From Octopus bimaculoides (Eukaryota): a DNA stretch of 62,298 nucleotides. The stretch is taken from the NCBI RefSeq assembly GCF_001194135.2, contig NC_068993.1:13978348-14040645 (forward strand). The letters run 5' to 3'. Shown here in pieces: positions 11,595 through 24,338 of the stretch (its first letter is position 1; each line of letters starts with the position of its first letter). A program made the position numbers and the translations under genes. Below the pieces are notes generated by a model. It saw nothing but the letters and a program-made list of their open reading frames with translations. It was not told the origin of the DNA and ran no database searches.

Positions 11595-12290
11595 ACATAT
11601 GTATATATGTATGCATGTATGTATGCATGTATGTATGTATGTATGTATGTATGTATGTATATATATNNNNNNNNNNNNNNNNNNNNNNNNNNNNNNNNNN
11701 NNNNNNNNNNNNNNNNNNNNNNNNNNNNNNNNNNNNNNNNNNNNNNNNNNNNNNNNNNNNNNNNNNNNNNNNNNNNNNNNNNNNNNNNNNNNNNNNNNNN
11801 NNNNNNNNNNNNNNNNNNNNNNNNNNNNNNNNNNNNNNNNNNNNNNNNNNNNNNNNNNNNNNNNNNNNNNNNNNNNNNNNNNNNNNNNNNNNNNNNNNNN
11901 NNNNNNNNNNNNNNNNNNNNNNNNNNNNNNNNNNNNNNNNNNNNNNNNNNNNNNNNNNNNNNNNNNNNNNNNNNNNNNNNNNNNNNNNNNNNNNNNNNNN
12001 NNNNNNNNNNNNNNNNNNNNNNNNNNNNNNNNNNNNNNNNNNNNNNNNNNNNNNNNNNNNNNNNNNNNNNNNNNNNNNNNNNNNNNNNNNNNNNNNNNNN
12101 NNNNNNNNNNNNNNNNNNNNNNNNNNNNNNNNNNNNNNNNNNNNNNNNNNNNNNNNNNNNNNNNNNNNNNNNNNNNNNNNNNNNNNNNNNNNNNNNNNNN
12201 NNNNNNNNNNNNNNNNNNNNNNNNNNNNNNNNNNNNNNNNNNNNNNNNNNNNNNNNNNNNNNNNNNNNNNNNNNNNNNNNNNNNNNNNNN

Positions 12291-12357
<67 letters not shown>

Positions 12358-13014
12358 AAGTATTATTTACACACGCACTCATGAGAAACACACGCTGTCA
12401 TTGTTTGTCTTTATTTATATCCATATATATATACACACATACATACAGACATATATAGAGACACACACACGCACATACAAACTCACACACACACACACAC
12501 CGCCACAGACACATGTATACTTATACGACACATACATACAGACAGATATATAAGTTTGTGTGCTTGTTTGTTTGTGTATACGTGCAAATGTATGCTTGAG
12601 TGGTGTATGTGCGTATGTGTATGTGTCAATGTATTGACGCTACCCTATTTCTTTGTGAACGCGCACGATTTATTCTTCGCAATTTCCGTGTAATTTATTT
12701 TTCACAATATCCTGCCAATAACTTTGTTTTCCCCCCGTTCATCTCACATCTTTTTCTTTTTCTCTCCAGGTCTTCAAACGCATACATACATAGACAGATA
12801 TACATCCTCTTATATGCTGTAAATTTATTAAAACATATTTCTATTCCCTTTTTGCAACGGGCATTAAAGTCAATCATTGAAAAAACTACAAATACATGCT
12901 TATACATATATAAATCTATACATGCACGCATGCATGAACAAACGGACATGCATATAAGCATTTATCCATTCACAAACACACACACAGAAACACGCACAAA
13001 TGTGGGTTGTGATG

Positions 13015-13063
<49 letters not shown>

Positions 13064-13087
13064 NNNNNNNNNNNNNNNNNNNNNNNN

Positions 13088-13126
<39 letters not shown>

Positions 13127-13600
13127 ATATTGTTTTATTTGGGTTGTGGTTGCAGTTGCTTAACTTGTAACCACATTCCTTGTTTAAGACAAATATGAAG
13201 ATATATTGGCCCTCCAACTTATAGATGTATTTGTACATAATATATTGCTTGCGGCGGTGCTACCTTTCATATATTTTCAACTCGGTTTCGCTCTAATAGA
13301 ATACGTGCATTACAATATTAATACGATCCTCCGGCTCAAACGCAAAATGTGAACTAAAAGAAAATCATACACAGAATCCAAAATAATTCCCTATTACAAA
13401 TAAAAAGGGGAATAAAAATGATAATCAAAGTTTGTGTACCAGTGGCTCCTAATATTTTTCAGGAACACTCTTATTTTTATCTTTTACTTATTTCTGGCGC
13501 TGAAATGCGGCTATGCTGTGGCTACATCTTGAAATATTCGACCCCAGTATTCGCACTTTTTAGTTCGGTACTTATTTGTATCTTCTCTATCGTAAGACGC

Positions 13601-13868
13601 TAGGTTACGGGACCGTAAGTAAACCTTCACCGGTTATCAAAATTGGTAGGGTACAAACTCAAATGCCGATATCCATACACACACGTATGAATATTTAGAT
13701 ATGTAAATATACATACACAATATGATTCAGTTTCCTTCTGCCAAATCGACGTTGTTCGTCGAAGGATATAGAAGAAGGCAACCTGGCCAATGTGCTGCTC
13801 TACGAGCCTAAACGCTGAATATGTGGCTGGGAAACAAACGTGTTACCACTCAACCGCTCCTCCGCCTA
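13601..13868 (-). mobile_element. SINE family A, highly diverged copy
   Basis: Reverse 3'-half remnant (GTTACGGGACCGTAAGTAAAC), TA-rich spacer, TTCAGTTTCCTTCTGCCAAATC and reverse head remnant (TTACCACTCAACCGCTCCTCCGCC). Confidence 0.6.
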
Positions 13869-14436
13869 TTTCAATACTAGCGTCACTGGTCTAGCCTATT
13901 AGCAAAATATAACAACGTACATGTGTCGACGTTCAGACAGAGCAATCTGCGAAATTGCTTATACACAGGTTTACTAACATCATAAACAAAGTAGAAGCAA
14001 CATCCGAGAATATCAAATTGCCTCGATTTGAGAAAGTCATTTTTAGGAATTTCTTCAAATACTAACTTATACACTCGGTTATTCTCTTAATTTCTTGCTC
14101 ATTTATGTTAACTGTTATGAGAGTTTTCACCAAATATTTAATGTGGTGCTTAAATCAATCTTGCAGCAATGTTTTGATGTCACATCTAGTGAATATTATT
14201 TAAAGTGTTATAAATTATGTTTTTTTCCCAGCATTCGTTTATCAAGGAATAGTTAAAAAATAACGCAACTACGTTCCGATAAGATATTCAATAAGTGAAA
14301 GCTGAGAATCTTTGCTAAATCACCAAAGCTGTAAAATATAAATATTCGTTTTTAAATCGTAATGAATTACACATTGAGTTTATGGTCTACTTCATCCTTG
14401 ATTCAAATAACTTCTACACCCCTATATCTGTATATA

Positions 14437-14501
<65 letters not shown>

Positions 14502-15057
14502 TTACATGCATGTATACAAACGCACAATCAGTGGATTTCGGGGCATTCCTATCCTAGACCATCTGCATAAATAAGCGTTTGTATTTCTATTCATATTAAT
14601 ACGTGCGCGCAACAAACAGTTAATCTTTTACACTTACGAGGCTCGATCGTATTAGCCCAAGTCGCTGGATAATTTTTTGTCTCTTTAAGAATAAATTAGG
14701 ATGGAAACATTTCATAGATTGGAATTTAAACCCCAATCTCTAGAGAAATTTATTGTTTCAAGAAAACATTTAATTTGAACTACTTTGTATTTTTATGACT
14801 ATAGATAACAACACGCGTTGTAATTCCTGAGCCTTAGTCAGGCGCGTGTGAAAGTACGTTTGCTACGGATGATATTTTTTAACACTAGGCAGAAAATAAA
14901 TGAACTGCGACAAGGTTCAATAAAAGGACCCCGAGTTACTGTCTGAAATTACATACTTGAAGTCAGAAGCTAAATCAGCTTTCAAATACACGTTCACTTT
15001 ACTATATTTATATTCAGGTTAACCCGAACAGCCCGAATGCCGGATTCGCCACTGATA

Positions 15058-16090
15058 TCTCTATACATAAATGACAATTTCTGTGTGTTTGTGGGTGAGT
15101 GTGCGTTTGTGAATTTGTTACTTTAACTACTCTAAGTATATCCAATCGATCTTGATAAAACTTGGCACGTGTGGCGGGCTTATATCCATGCGGTCACTTA
15201 CGCGCTTACATTTTCAAAAACAAATCGTTAATTTGTGATAAGCATCGATTTTTCAAACATCAGTAGCACATTTCAATGCAAATTCGCATATGAATGTTAT
15301 ATCTGCCATAACTTTTAAAGTTATCAACCGATTTTCTTGAAATGTTATACACAGATGGAATATGCGCTAAGGCCACTCAAGCAAAGAGTAAGATGATTTT
15401 TGATTAACTGATTAACGAAAGTTGTCTTAAATTGCTGGAGGATAAGATGTTCATCAATTATTTCAGCATTCTCAGATTGCTGTAACATGTATTTTCTTAA
15501 CACCTGCACTTAAAATTATCGATTCTAAACGTCACGACGTTGCGAGCTAAAGCATATAACATGTATCTTCTTGATATCAGCACTTAAAAATGTCCGTTCT
15601 CACCGCTGTTATTCTTATTTGATTCTCACGATCACTGGAACTATACCCGTGAAAAACAGACGTCAAATAAAGTGCAGGTGCACCTAAAAATTTCTCTCTG
15701 GTTGTAAGAGTATTTGCCACAATATGACGAAAATCGTCATTTTTATATACTTTTTTTCACCTTATAGCCGTTTTTTGTAAATGTAAGATCTCTGAATAAC
15801 TTTTTGTTTACTTTACAAAATGTATGTCCTTTGTTTTATAGCACTCCTTTACAATTCCCTTCTTGATGCTTCTATTGGTTTTATATTTGCAGCTTTCCAC
15901 TCACCGAACGATTGTCATTTTCTGATTCCACGCGTATTCATTTGCATTATCGTTTCATGAATGAATTTGCTTACGACTTCTATTATCTATCCTAGGTTCT
16001 GGTTTCATTTTTGATCTGACAGTAATTCGGCATTGTAATAGATACAGGGAATATCCCGGCCACCGGGTATTATAGGGTACCTCAGCAACT
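15058..16090 (+). mobile_element. Possible non-autonomous Helitron/Helentron-like element
   Basis: A|TCTCTATACATAAA start, then (TG)-rich stretch and AATCGATCTTGATAAAACTTGGCAC; a second AACTTTT..CAACCGATTTTCTTGAAA motif at about 15310; 3' GC hairpin CCCGG-CCA-CCGGG (16055-16067) followed by a degenerate CTAG-like end. Boundaries uncertain. Confidence 0.4.
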
Positions 16091-16106
16091 ATATATATAC
16101 ATACAT

Positions 16107-16190
<84 letters not shown>

Positions 16191-16938
16191 GTGTGGGAGA
16201 TGTCGAAGAGACCATAAGCCATCTGTCATATCTGTCGTAAACTATACCCACTAAATAAACATTATACATAGATACATACATGCATACCCACATATGTACG
16301 TGCATACATAAGTACATACATAGATCGAGATCGATACGCATATACAAACATATATATGTATGTGTATGTATATATATATATATATATATATCAACACATA
16401 TTTTAGTCAGTGAAAACTCTGGTTTCCGAAGACACTGTATATCGTATTTCATACTTAGGTACCCTAGAAATTATTTGTATTTTATAGTCTACTCCACTAG
16501 GAAGATGTTTAGAATTGAAGATATATGATTTTATTAAATTATGTCTTCATTTCTTTCTAAAATCTTGAGCATAACGCACCCAGTTCCCTATTTCAACTCA
16601 AAGCAGAAAGTGATTTATTTATATTGCATAAGGCGTCTTTTCTTGGCGTCTTTTCGCTTTGTTTTTGTTCGACTTTGCTAAATTTATCTGAAATAATAGC
16701 TTTGAGGAAAAATAATGGGAGAAAACGATATTTCGCAATGTACATATACGCGAAATGAAGAAGCTTTTCGAAACGTATTGGGTTCTGACAAATCACTAAT
16801 ATTGGATTATTTCAGTGAGTTAAAAATATACAATTCACGCACTGAATACTTAAAAAGCGTGTAATCTTCGTACGAAGCATCGTCATGTGGTGCAAACTTC
16901 AATTTTAAAATAACAGAAGACATCGATAACACGAATGC

Positions 16939-16984
<46 letters not shown>

Positions 16985-18239
16985 NNNNNNNNNNNNNNNN
17001 NNNNNNNNNNNNNNNNNNNNNNNNNNNNNNNNNNNNNNNNNNNNNNNNNNNNNNNNNNNNNNNNNNNNNNNNNNNNNNNNNNNNNNNNNNNNNNNNNNNN
17101 NNNNNNNNNNNNNNNNNNNNNNNNNNNNNNNNNNNNNNNNNNNNNNNNNNNNNNNNNNNNNNNNNNNNNNNNNNNNNNNNNNNNNNNNNNNNNNNNNNNN
17201 NNNNNNNNNNNNNNNNNNNNNNNNNNNNNNNNNNNNNNNNNNNNNNNNNNNNNNNNNNNNNNNNNNNNNNNNNNNNNNNNNNNNNNNNNNNNNNNNNNNN
17301 NNNNNNNNNNNNNNNNNNNNNNNNNNNNNNNNNNNNNNNNNNNNNNNNNNNNNNNNNNNNNNNNNNNNNNNNNNNNNNNNNNNNNNNNNNNNNNNNNNNN
17401 NNNNNNNNNNNNNNNNNNNNNNNNNTATATACTAAAACGAGGCGTCAGTCAGTGAGGCTGATTCCCCGAGCCAGCCTGACTACCTCTCTCTATCCCTCCC
17501 GATCTTCATTAGCGTTTTTATGTCTTCAACTTGGCATCCAAAAACTTCTGTAACCTTTTGTGTATACGTCTTCCGTTCTGTTCCAGCCGCTATGGTGCCA
17601 TGACATGGTGTCCACGAATTCTTTTTACTTCTCTAGCAGTGGCCAGCAAACCTCAATCTCCACTCTTGGATCTTTTATGAGAGAGTTGGTATATTCCACT
17701 ATAAACGTTTTTTTTTTTTCGTTTATGTTGAGCGCTCCCTCCAAAAGATGTTTATCGCTTTCAGATTTTGGATAAATTATCCAAAATATTAGACTTATGC
17801 CAATGGAGTGTCACTTAGAAAACACAGAACGAATTTATCTCACAGCTTAATACATGTCCATGTATATGTATTGTAAAAATATGTCACGTGTTATGCCTAA
17901 TATCCAGTATAATGTCATGTACTATATTTATATACATTTGCTCACATACAGATAGACAAACTGAGGAAATGGAGAGATATACTCTACTAGATACTGACGG
18001 ACCATTAAAATACATTTATATTAATATACACAAACTCTATGTGTACAAGCGTGTCTGTATTTACACGATTTGCCATAAGTTAATCTAATACATGTCTGTA
18101 CAAGTATATATATATATATATATATATATATNNNNNNNNNNATATATATATATATAAACATTTATATGCATGTACTGATATATATATATATGTTTGTGTG
18201 TGTGTGTAAGAGAAAACGTTGTTTATTCTGTCCAAGTAG

Positions 18240-18530
18240 TTGAAATTGCGATTCTCTTGTAACATGAAATAGTATAGAAGTTCCCGTGTCTTCAGGTATA
18301 GCAATTTCCTGAACAATTCAACAAACAGCAGCCAACTAGACTAAATGCCACCTAAACCCACCCTCACATGTTAACCAACACATTTCATGTCGAACACAAA
18401 CACTATAATTATCAAAATCTACATTAAATACATCTAGTAACTCTTGGTATTTCAAATCACATGAAAGTACTTTTAAAATATCATATTTTTCCCAGAATAT
18501 TGCAGTGTGCGCTTTAATATCTTTCAAAGC
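18240..18530 (-). pseudogene. Possible decayed hAT-type transposase fragment
   Basis: Minus frame KYQELLDVFNVDFDNYSVCVRHEMCWLTCEGGFRWHL loosely resembles the hAT RQFQExL...YHTEVRWLSRG segment; interrupted by stops. Weak similarity, from memory. Confidence 0.25.
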
Positions 18531-19019
18531 ATATTGATTCTGCCTTTGATCTTTTAATGCGCCTTACATTTATTGATTACTAATCGCTTTTTACTCTTCA
18601 TTTAACATGGTTTTGCATATTTTCCAATAAAGCAATGAAATTGTTATTAATATTGATCACAGATATTTACCCTTATTTATATTTCACACACACATACCCT
18701 CACATGTATTCACACGTTCCAAACCTAATCATATATACATATCCAGGAAACAACCTACATACATCCACCAACATTCACACACACATATATACACGTAGTC
18801 TTACACATATATAAATTATAAACCATACATATATATATATATATATATATGCAACTATATAGACATGTATGTTGTATACACATGATTGTTATAATATTAT
18901 TAACGTTATGTTTTCTTTCTTATTATCATTAAGGATGCATGTATGTATGTATGTGTGTGTCTGCATATACATATATTTAGAGAGAGAGAGGGGGGGAGAG
19001 TTTAATATATTAACCATAA

Positions 19020-19298
19020 TCGTCATCATCATCATCATCATTAGCTCGTCATCTACAAGATCGTCAACACCAAATGTTATGATAGTAATGATGATGACGA
19101 TGATGATGATGATGATAATAATAATACGAATAAGAAGAATAGTAATAATAACAACAATAATAATGATGATGATGATGAGGATTATGATGATGATAATGAT
19201 AAGAGTTGCAGCAGCAATAACAACAACAACGATTCTTCTTCTTCTTCTTCTTCTTCTTCTTCTTCTTCTTCTTCTTCTTCTTCTTCTTCTAATTATAA

Positions 19299-19336
<38 letters not shown>

Positions 19337-19391
19337 GTAATAATAATAATAATAAAAATAAAAATAATAATAATAATAATAATAATAATAA

Positions 19392-19468
<77 letters not shown>

Positions 19469-19470
19469 GT
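19020..19470. repeat. Mosaic trinucleotide microsatellite (CAT, GAT, TTC, AAT, ATT)
   Basis: Direct inspection; produces the homopolymeric ORFs in the track. Confidence 0.95.
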
Positions 19471-21105
19471 GGTTGTTGTCCCCGTTTTCATGAACCTCCT
19501 GCGCACTGGCCTTCTCCACCACATCGGCGTCACTGCCATTATCAGACCCGGAGCCTCAACTTGGTATAGTGAAGTGCGACAAAATAGCAACAAAAAACAA
19601 AAAAAACTCCTTTTCATCTTACTTTGCATTCTTGAAATGGAAAAGAAAGAAAAGAGATACATCTTAAATAATACCATCCTTGGTAGTCTGCTTTTATGAA
19701 AAATACAATGAATTCTCACTCTTGAAAAGGCACTTTGTCACAGTTCCCCCTCTATCAGGTGCTGGCCTGTCGGGATAAACATCAAAACGACATTTAGGAA
19801 GTCAGCTATAGTAGTAACCTCAGCAGCTAGCAACAATAAACAACATCTCGGCCATGTCTATACACAGCCATGTTTTTCGTCTCGTTTTCACAACCGATTG
19901 GATATTAAATATATAAAACCTTATTATACTTCTTTAATGTTCCAAATGTTCTTTACCGATTTGTGTAAAAATTGTTATATACATTTATGAACAGGTGTGA
20001 AAATTGTTCTTGCTTTTACAGAAAACATTTACACAATATATTAAATATATCGTATATCTCCATACTTAAGGGAATATGAGTGGTTAGATGTGGTTTTATT
20101 GCTTATTTTTATATAAATATTTATAGTACTTTTTGTAAAAATTTATTTTATTATATCATAATTTCCCAATACTGTTGAAGAATTTGAAAGAAGCAATTTT
20201 CGTTACACATAAGGACTCATACCAGCTCATATATATGTAAGAACGTATGCCTATATGTATGTGTGTATACATACATAGATACATACAAACACACACACAC
20301 ACATACACAAACACGGACACATACCCACACACACTCATATATATATATATATATATATANNNNNNNNNNNNNNNNNNNNNNNNNNNNNNNNNNNNNNNNN
20401 NNNNNNNNNNNNNNNNNNNNNNNNNNNNNNNNNNNNNNNNNNNNNNNNNNNNNNNNNNNNNNNNNNNNNNNNNNNNNNNNNNNNNNNNNNNNNNNNNNNN
20501 NNNNNNNNNNNNNNNNNNNNNNNNNNNNNNNNNNNNNNNNNNNNNNNNNNNNNNNNNNNNNNNNNNNNNNNNNNNNNNNNNNNNNNNNNNNNNNNNNNNN
20601 NNNNNNNNNNNNNNNNNNNNNNNNNNNNNNNNNNNNNNNNNNNNNNNNNNNNNNNNNNNNNNNNNNNNNNNNNNNNNNNNNNNNNNNNNNNNNNNNNNNN
20701 NNNNNNNNNNNNNNNNNNNNNNNNNNNNNNNNNNNNNNNNNNNNNNNNNNNNNNNNNNNNNNNNNNNNNNNNNNNNNNNNNNNNNNNNNNNNNNNNNNNN
20801 NNNNNNNNNNNNNNNNNNNNNNNNNNNNNNNNNNNNNNNNNNNNNNNNNNNNNNNNNNNNNNNNNNNNNNNNNNNNNNNNNNNNNNNNNNNNNNNNNNNN
20901 NNNNNNNNNNNNNNNNNNNNNNNNNNNNNNNNNNNNNNNNNNNNNNNNNNNNNNNNNNNNNNNNNNNNNNNNNNNNNNNNNNNNNNNNNNNNNNNNNNNN
21001 NNNNNNNNNNNNNNNNNNNNNNNNNNNNNNNNNNNNNNNNNNNNNNNNNNNNNNNNNNNNNNNNNNNNNNNNNNNNNNNNNNNNNNNNNNNNNNNNNNNN
21101 NNNNN

Positions 21106-21137
<32 letters not shown>

Positions 21138-21636
21138 GGTTTTCCACACTTGTTTCACCTAATATTTAGATGTGTAGTGAGTAAGGAAGCCGTCTGAAGG
21201 AATTTGAGTGTGTCAGAGTGCAGTGTATTGATTTGTTATATTAATGCAAATTGTAAAATCATTTGTATCACTACAGAGTAATATAAAGAAATAATCTATA
21301 TGCTATTTATTCGTGAAGGTCAAATCAGGTTGTAAATGGTGGCTTTCGTCGCTTGTGGTGAGTTGCGTTACAGTAAATTTTAAATTCTTTGTTAAGCCTA
21401 ATTGCATGAACTTACGAAGGTGCTAAACTGATTTTTTGGGTGAAATGTTGAATAAGAAATTCGGGTGTTGCAAATAATTATGATAATGTACTGGTTTATG
21501 AAATCTCAAGTCTTCTCTCTAACTGCTTACAGTCAATGCGTATTTGTAAGAGTTAGTTTTACAATGAAGAGTGTGCCTACGAACTGGTTTTTGGCGTCAT
21601 ATTGTCTCTTAAGTCATGAACGGTAACGTTGACATT

Positions 21637-21712
21637 ACATTACGAGAAGAGGATTTATCATTATAACGTTACCAAAGTAACGTTATAGTGATAAATCCTC
21701 TTCTCGTAATGT
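21637..21712. repeat. 36-bp inverted repeat with a 4-nt loop
   Basis: ACATTACGAGAAGAGGATTTATCATTATAACGTTAC-CAAA-GTAACGTTATAGTGATAAATCCTCTTCTCGTAATGT; a single T:G mismatch. Confidence 0.95.
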
Positions 21713-21713
21713 T

Positions 21714-21965
21714 GGTGAAGGCGCATTGCTCAGTGGTTAGAACGTCGAGCTTACGATCGTGATGATGTGAGTTCAAATCCCGGACCGGGTTGCGTGTTGT
21801 GTTCTTGAGCAAGACACTTTATTTCACGTTGCTCCAGTTCACTCAGCTATAGAAATGAGTTGCGACATCACAGGTGCCAAGCTGTATCGCCCTTTGCCTT
21901 TCCCTCGGATAATCCTTGTGGCATGGAGAGGGGATGCCAGTGTGCATGGGTGATTGTTGGTTTTC
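21714..21965 (+). mobile_element. SINE family C, near-complete, tRNA-derived head
   Basis: GGCGCATTGCTCAGTGGTTAGA (box A), GAGTTCAAATCCC (box B), then GTGTTCTTGAGCAAGACACTTTATTTCACGTTGCTCCAGTTCACTCAGCT central domain. Confidence 0.88.
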
Positions 21966-22849
21966 CACCTCATTACAATTCATTATGGTAATAATGAAAC
22001 ATTTAGTGAACTAACTGCCATTATCAATATGGTGTTTGAAATGATAAATTAATATGAAATGCTGCATCAAAACTTTTATTTAAATTCCTTCAATATAAGA
22101 CTGTATGACAGAATCAGGAGAGATTTCGAGTAGTTGGTAACAAAGGGGTTTTTCGAATACACATTTAGTAATTGATTCTTTATAAATTAAGTAAATGCTT
22201 GAGCTTTAAATACATATTCGAGACAACAGAAGACAAAATATAAAAGTTATAAATTTTTCTGCAAATCTTCGTTAAACTTATAATCATATCATAAATCTCA
22301 TCACCCACATACAAGTTCCAATAATTACTTTAATGTTTCGAGATGATTGCTATGAATAGTAGTACTTTGAGCACCAACTATCGATGATTATAATCAGATA
22401 TTGGTCTTGTTCAATGCATTGTGGGAACCAGCTACTCTTCACTAAAGTCTAACATGTCGATTATCGGTTATTTGACATTGATTTCATTACGTTAGATTTT
22501 AAGTAAACTGTTCACAGATGGATCGAATCTATTGACCAGGTTTGACTGCGATATGTCACTATACTACCGATAGATATTATATCAATGCTTGATTGATGAG
22601 AACCAAATTGAATCTAGCTGAGCTGATCGGTGTACATAAATGTATTGCATATTCATTTGCAACTTAATGTTGCAATTTCTGAACAAAAGATGTGTTCGTT
22701 ATAAACTTCCAATGTACAAACATTTACTACACTAAATTTTTGACGGGTAAATGGCAAGAGACTCAATTGTATTTATGTTTATCACTGATGCACACACACA
22801 CACACACGCCCAAGAACACACGTGCATATGAAACTGTTCCATCCAGTTT

Positions 22850-23995
22850 TCACCTCCAATGATATTCGCTTACATGTATCTCTTGATATCAGCCTGTATA
22901 GCAGGTCTTATCCGAAAATAAGCCGTTCGTTTTTCGATTCTTCGAAGCTTAATGTTTAAACTAGATTCTACCATTTCTTTTCATATATCTTTGCCGTTTT
23001 TATCGAAGACTGCCAGGTCTATTGAACTCAAGAACATCTGTAGTATACGGTAGACCGGGCAGTGCACCATATCTTTCTGATCATATCCAGAGAATTGCAT
23101 GCGGCGCATGAAGTTCTGTATATGTTTATTTGTTTCATAGGGTTCGCATAATGGGGACACGTAGCTTATTATCCTACATGTTAATTTCCATGTTGTGTGA
23201 CAAAGCTGAGTTTTGTGAACAGCATATAATTACATTGATACTTTGCTGGATGGAATTAGCTACTTGCTGGATGCTCTCTACTACGTTCCTCTCAGTTTCT
23301 ACACTACCGTTACTACATTTGGTCCTAACTATGATATTAATGTCATCTACATATCTACTGTAGAGTAAAGAGTTGTGGACTGTTTTGCTAACACATGCTG
23401 GAGTTTTCTGTCCCACCATGTCATTATGAGGCCGGCTACATCTCCAGCTACACCGACACCGAGGGCTGCACCTTGAACCTGCATGTATAGTCTTTTGTTA
23501 AACTTTACTATGTGGTTCTGAAAGGTAGTTTTAACATTGGCCCCTATTGCATGTGTAGTCATTTCTTTCGCCTGATTGTTGTTCTCAGGGTTTTGGGTAG
23601 GTGCGGTCCAGCCACTCCAGCGCTCTGGAGTGCTTTTCTTCACTGCTGAAGTGATGGTGAGTGGTCTTCCCCTCTGTGACCTGGTGGGGAAGAATCTAAT
23701 GACGTCATGGTCATATAAATAGTCACTGTTGTAGCATAGTCTGAGGAGGAGTCCCTGTTCCCTCGTGTTGACATTACCGAACTTCACCTCACTTTCACAG
23801 ATTACCTAAATGCATTTCTCCACAGTAAAATTCATTTCTATAGATGGGTAGAGTGAAGTCACATCCATACTACCCACTACACAACCTGTGAGGTCTTTGG
23901 AGTGGTTGCAAAGGTTGCAGATACTGATTTTACTGAGATCTTCCGTGCGCACCTAGACATCTGGAGACATTACTATGAGATGTCGAAATACCTGT
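22850..23995 (-). pseudogene. Penelope-like reverse transcriptase, decayed fragment
   Basis: Minus-strand motifs in order: TEDL, VGSSMDVTSLYPSI, TTFQNHIVKFNKRLYMQVQGAALGVGVAGDVAGLIMTWWD, LYSRYVDDINIIV (catalytic YVDD), MRRMQFSGY. Several stops and frameshifts. Confidence 0.88.
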
Positions 23996-24027
23996 GAGAG
24001 GAAGTAGGACAGTCTATAGTCGCTCAC

Positions 24028-24112
<85 letters not shown>

Positions 24113-24257
24113 TGTATACATGTATGTGTGTGTGTATATATGTATGTATATATGTATATATATATTAGAAGGTTTGGAGGTGAAGTACAGGAATTATATA
24201 TTAGAAAAAATAATAAAATACTCAACCATCCAGATATCTGAGTACCTTATTATTTTT

Positions 24258-24338
<81 letters not shown>

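Noticed and set aside
19480-19570. GC-rich 90-bp patch (minus frame GSGSDNGSDADVVEKASAQEVHENGD)
   Set aside because: Too short, reads into microsatellite and has no supported splice pair.
18869-19719. Two 276-aa ORFs on opposite strands
   Set aside because: Homopolymeric translations of trinucleotide microsatellites with no domain content.
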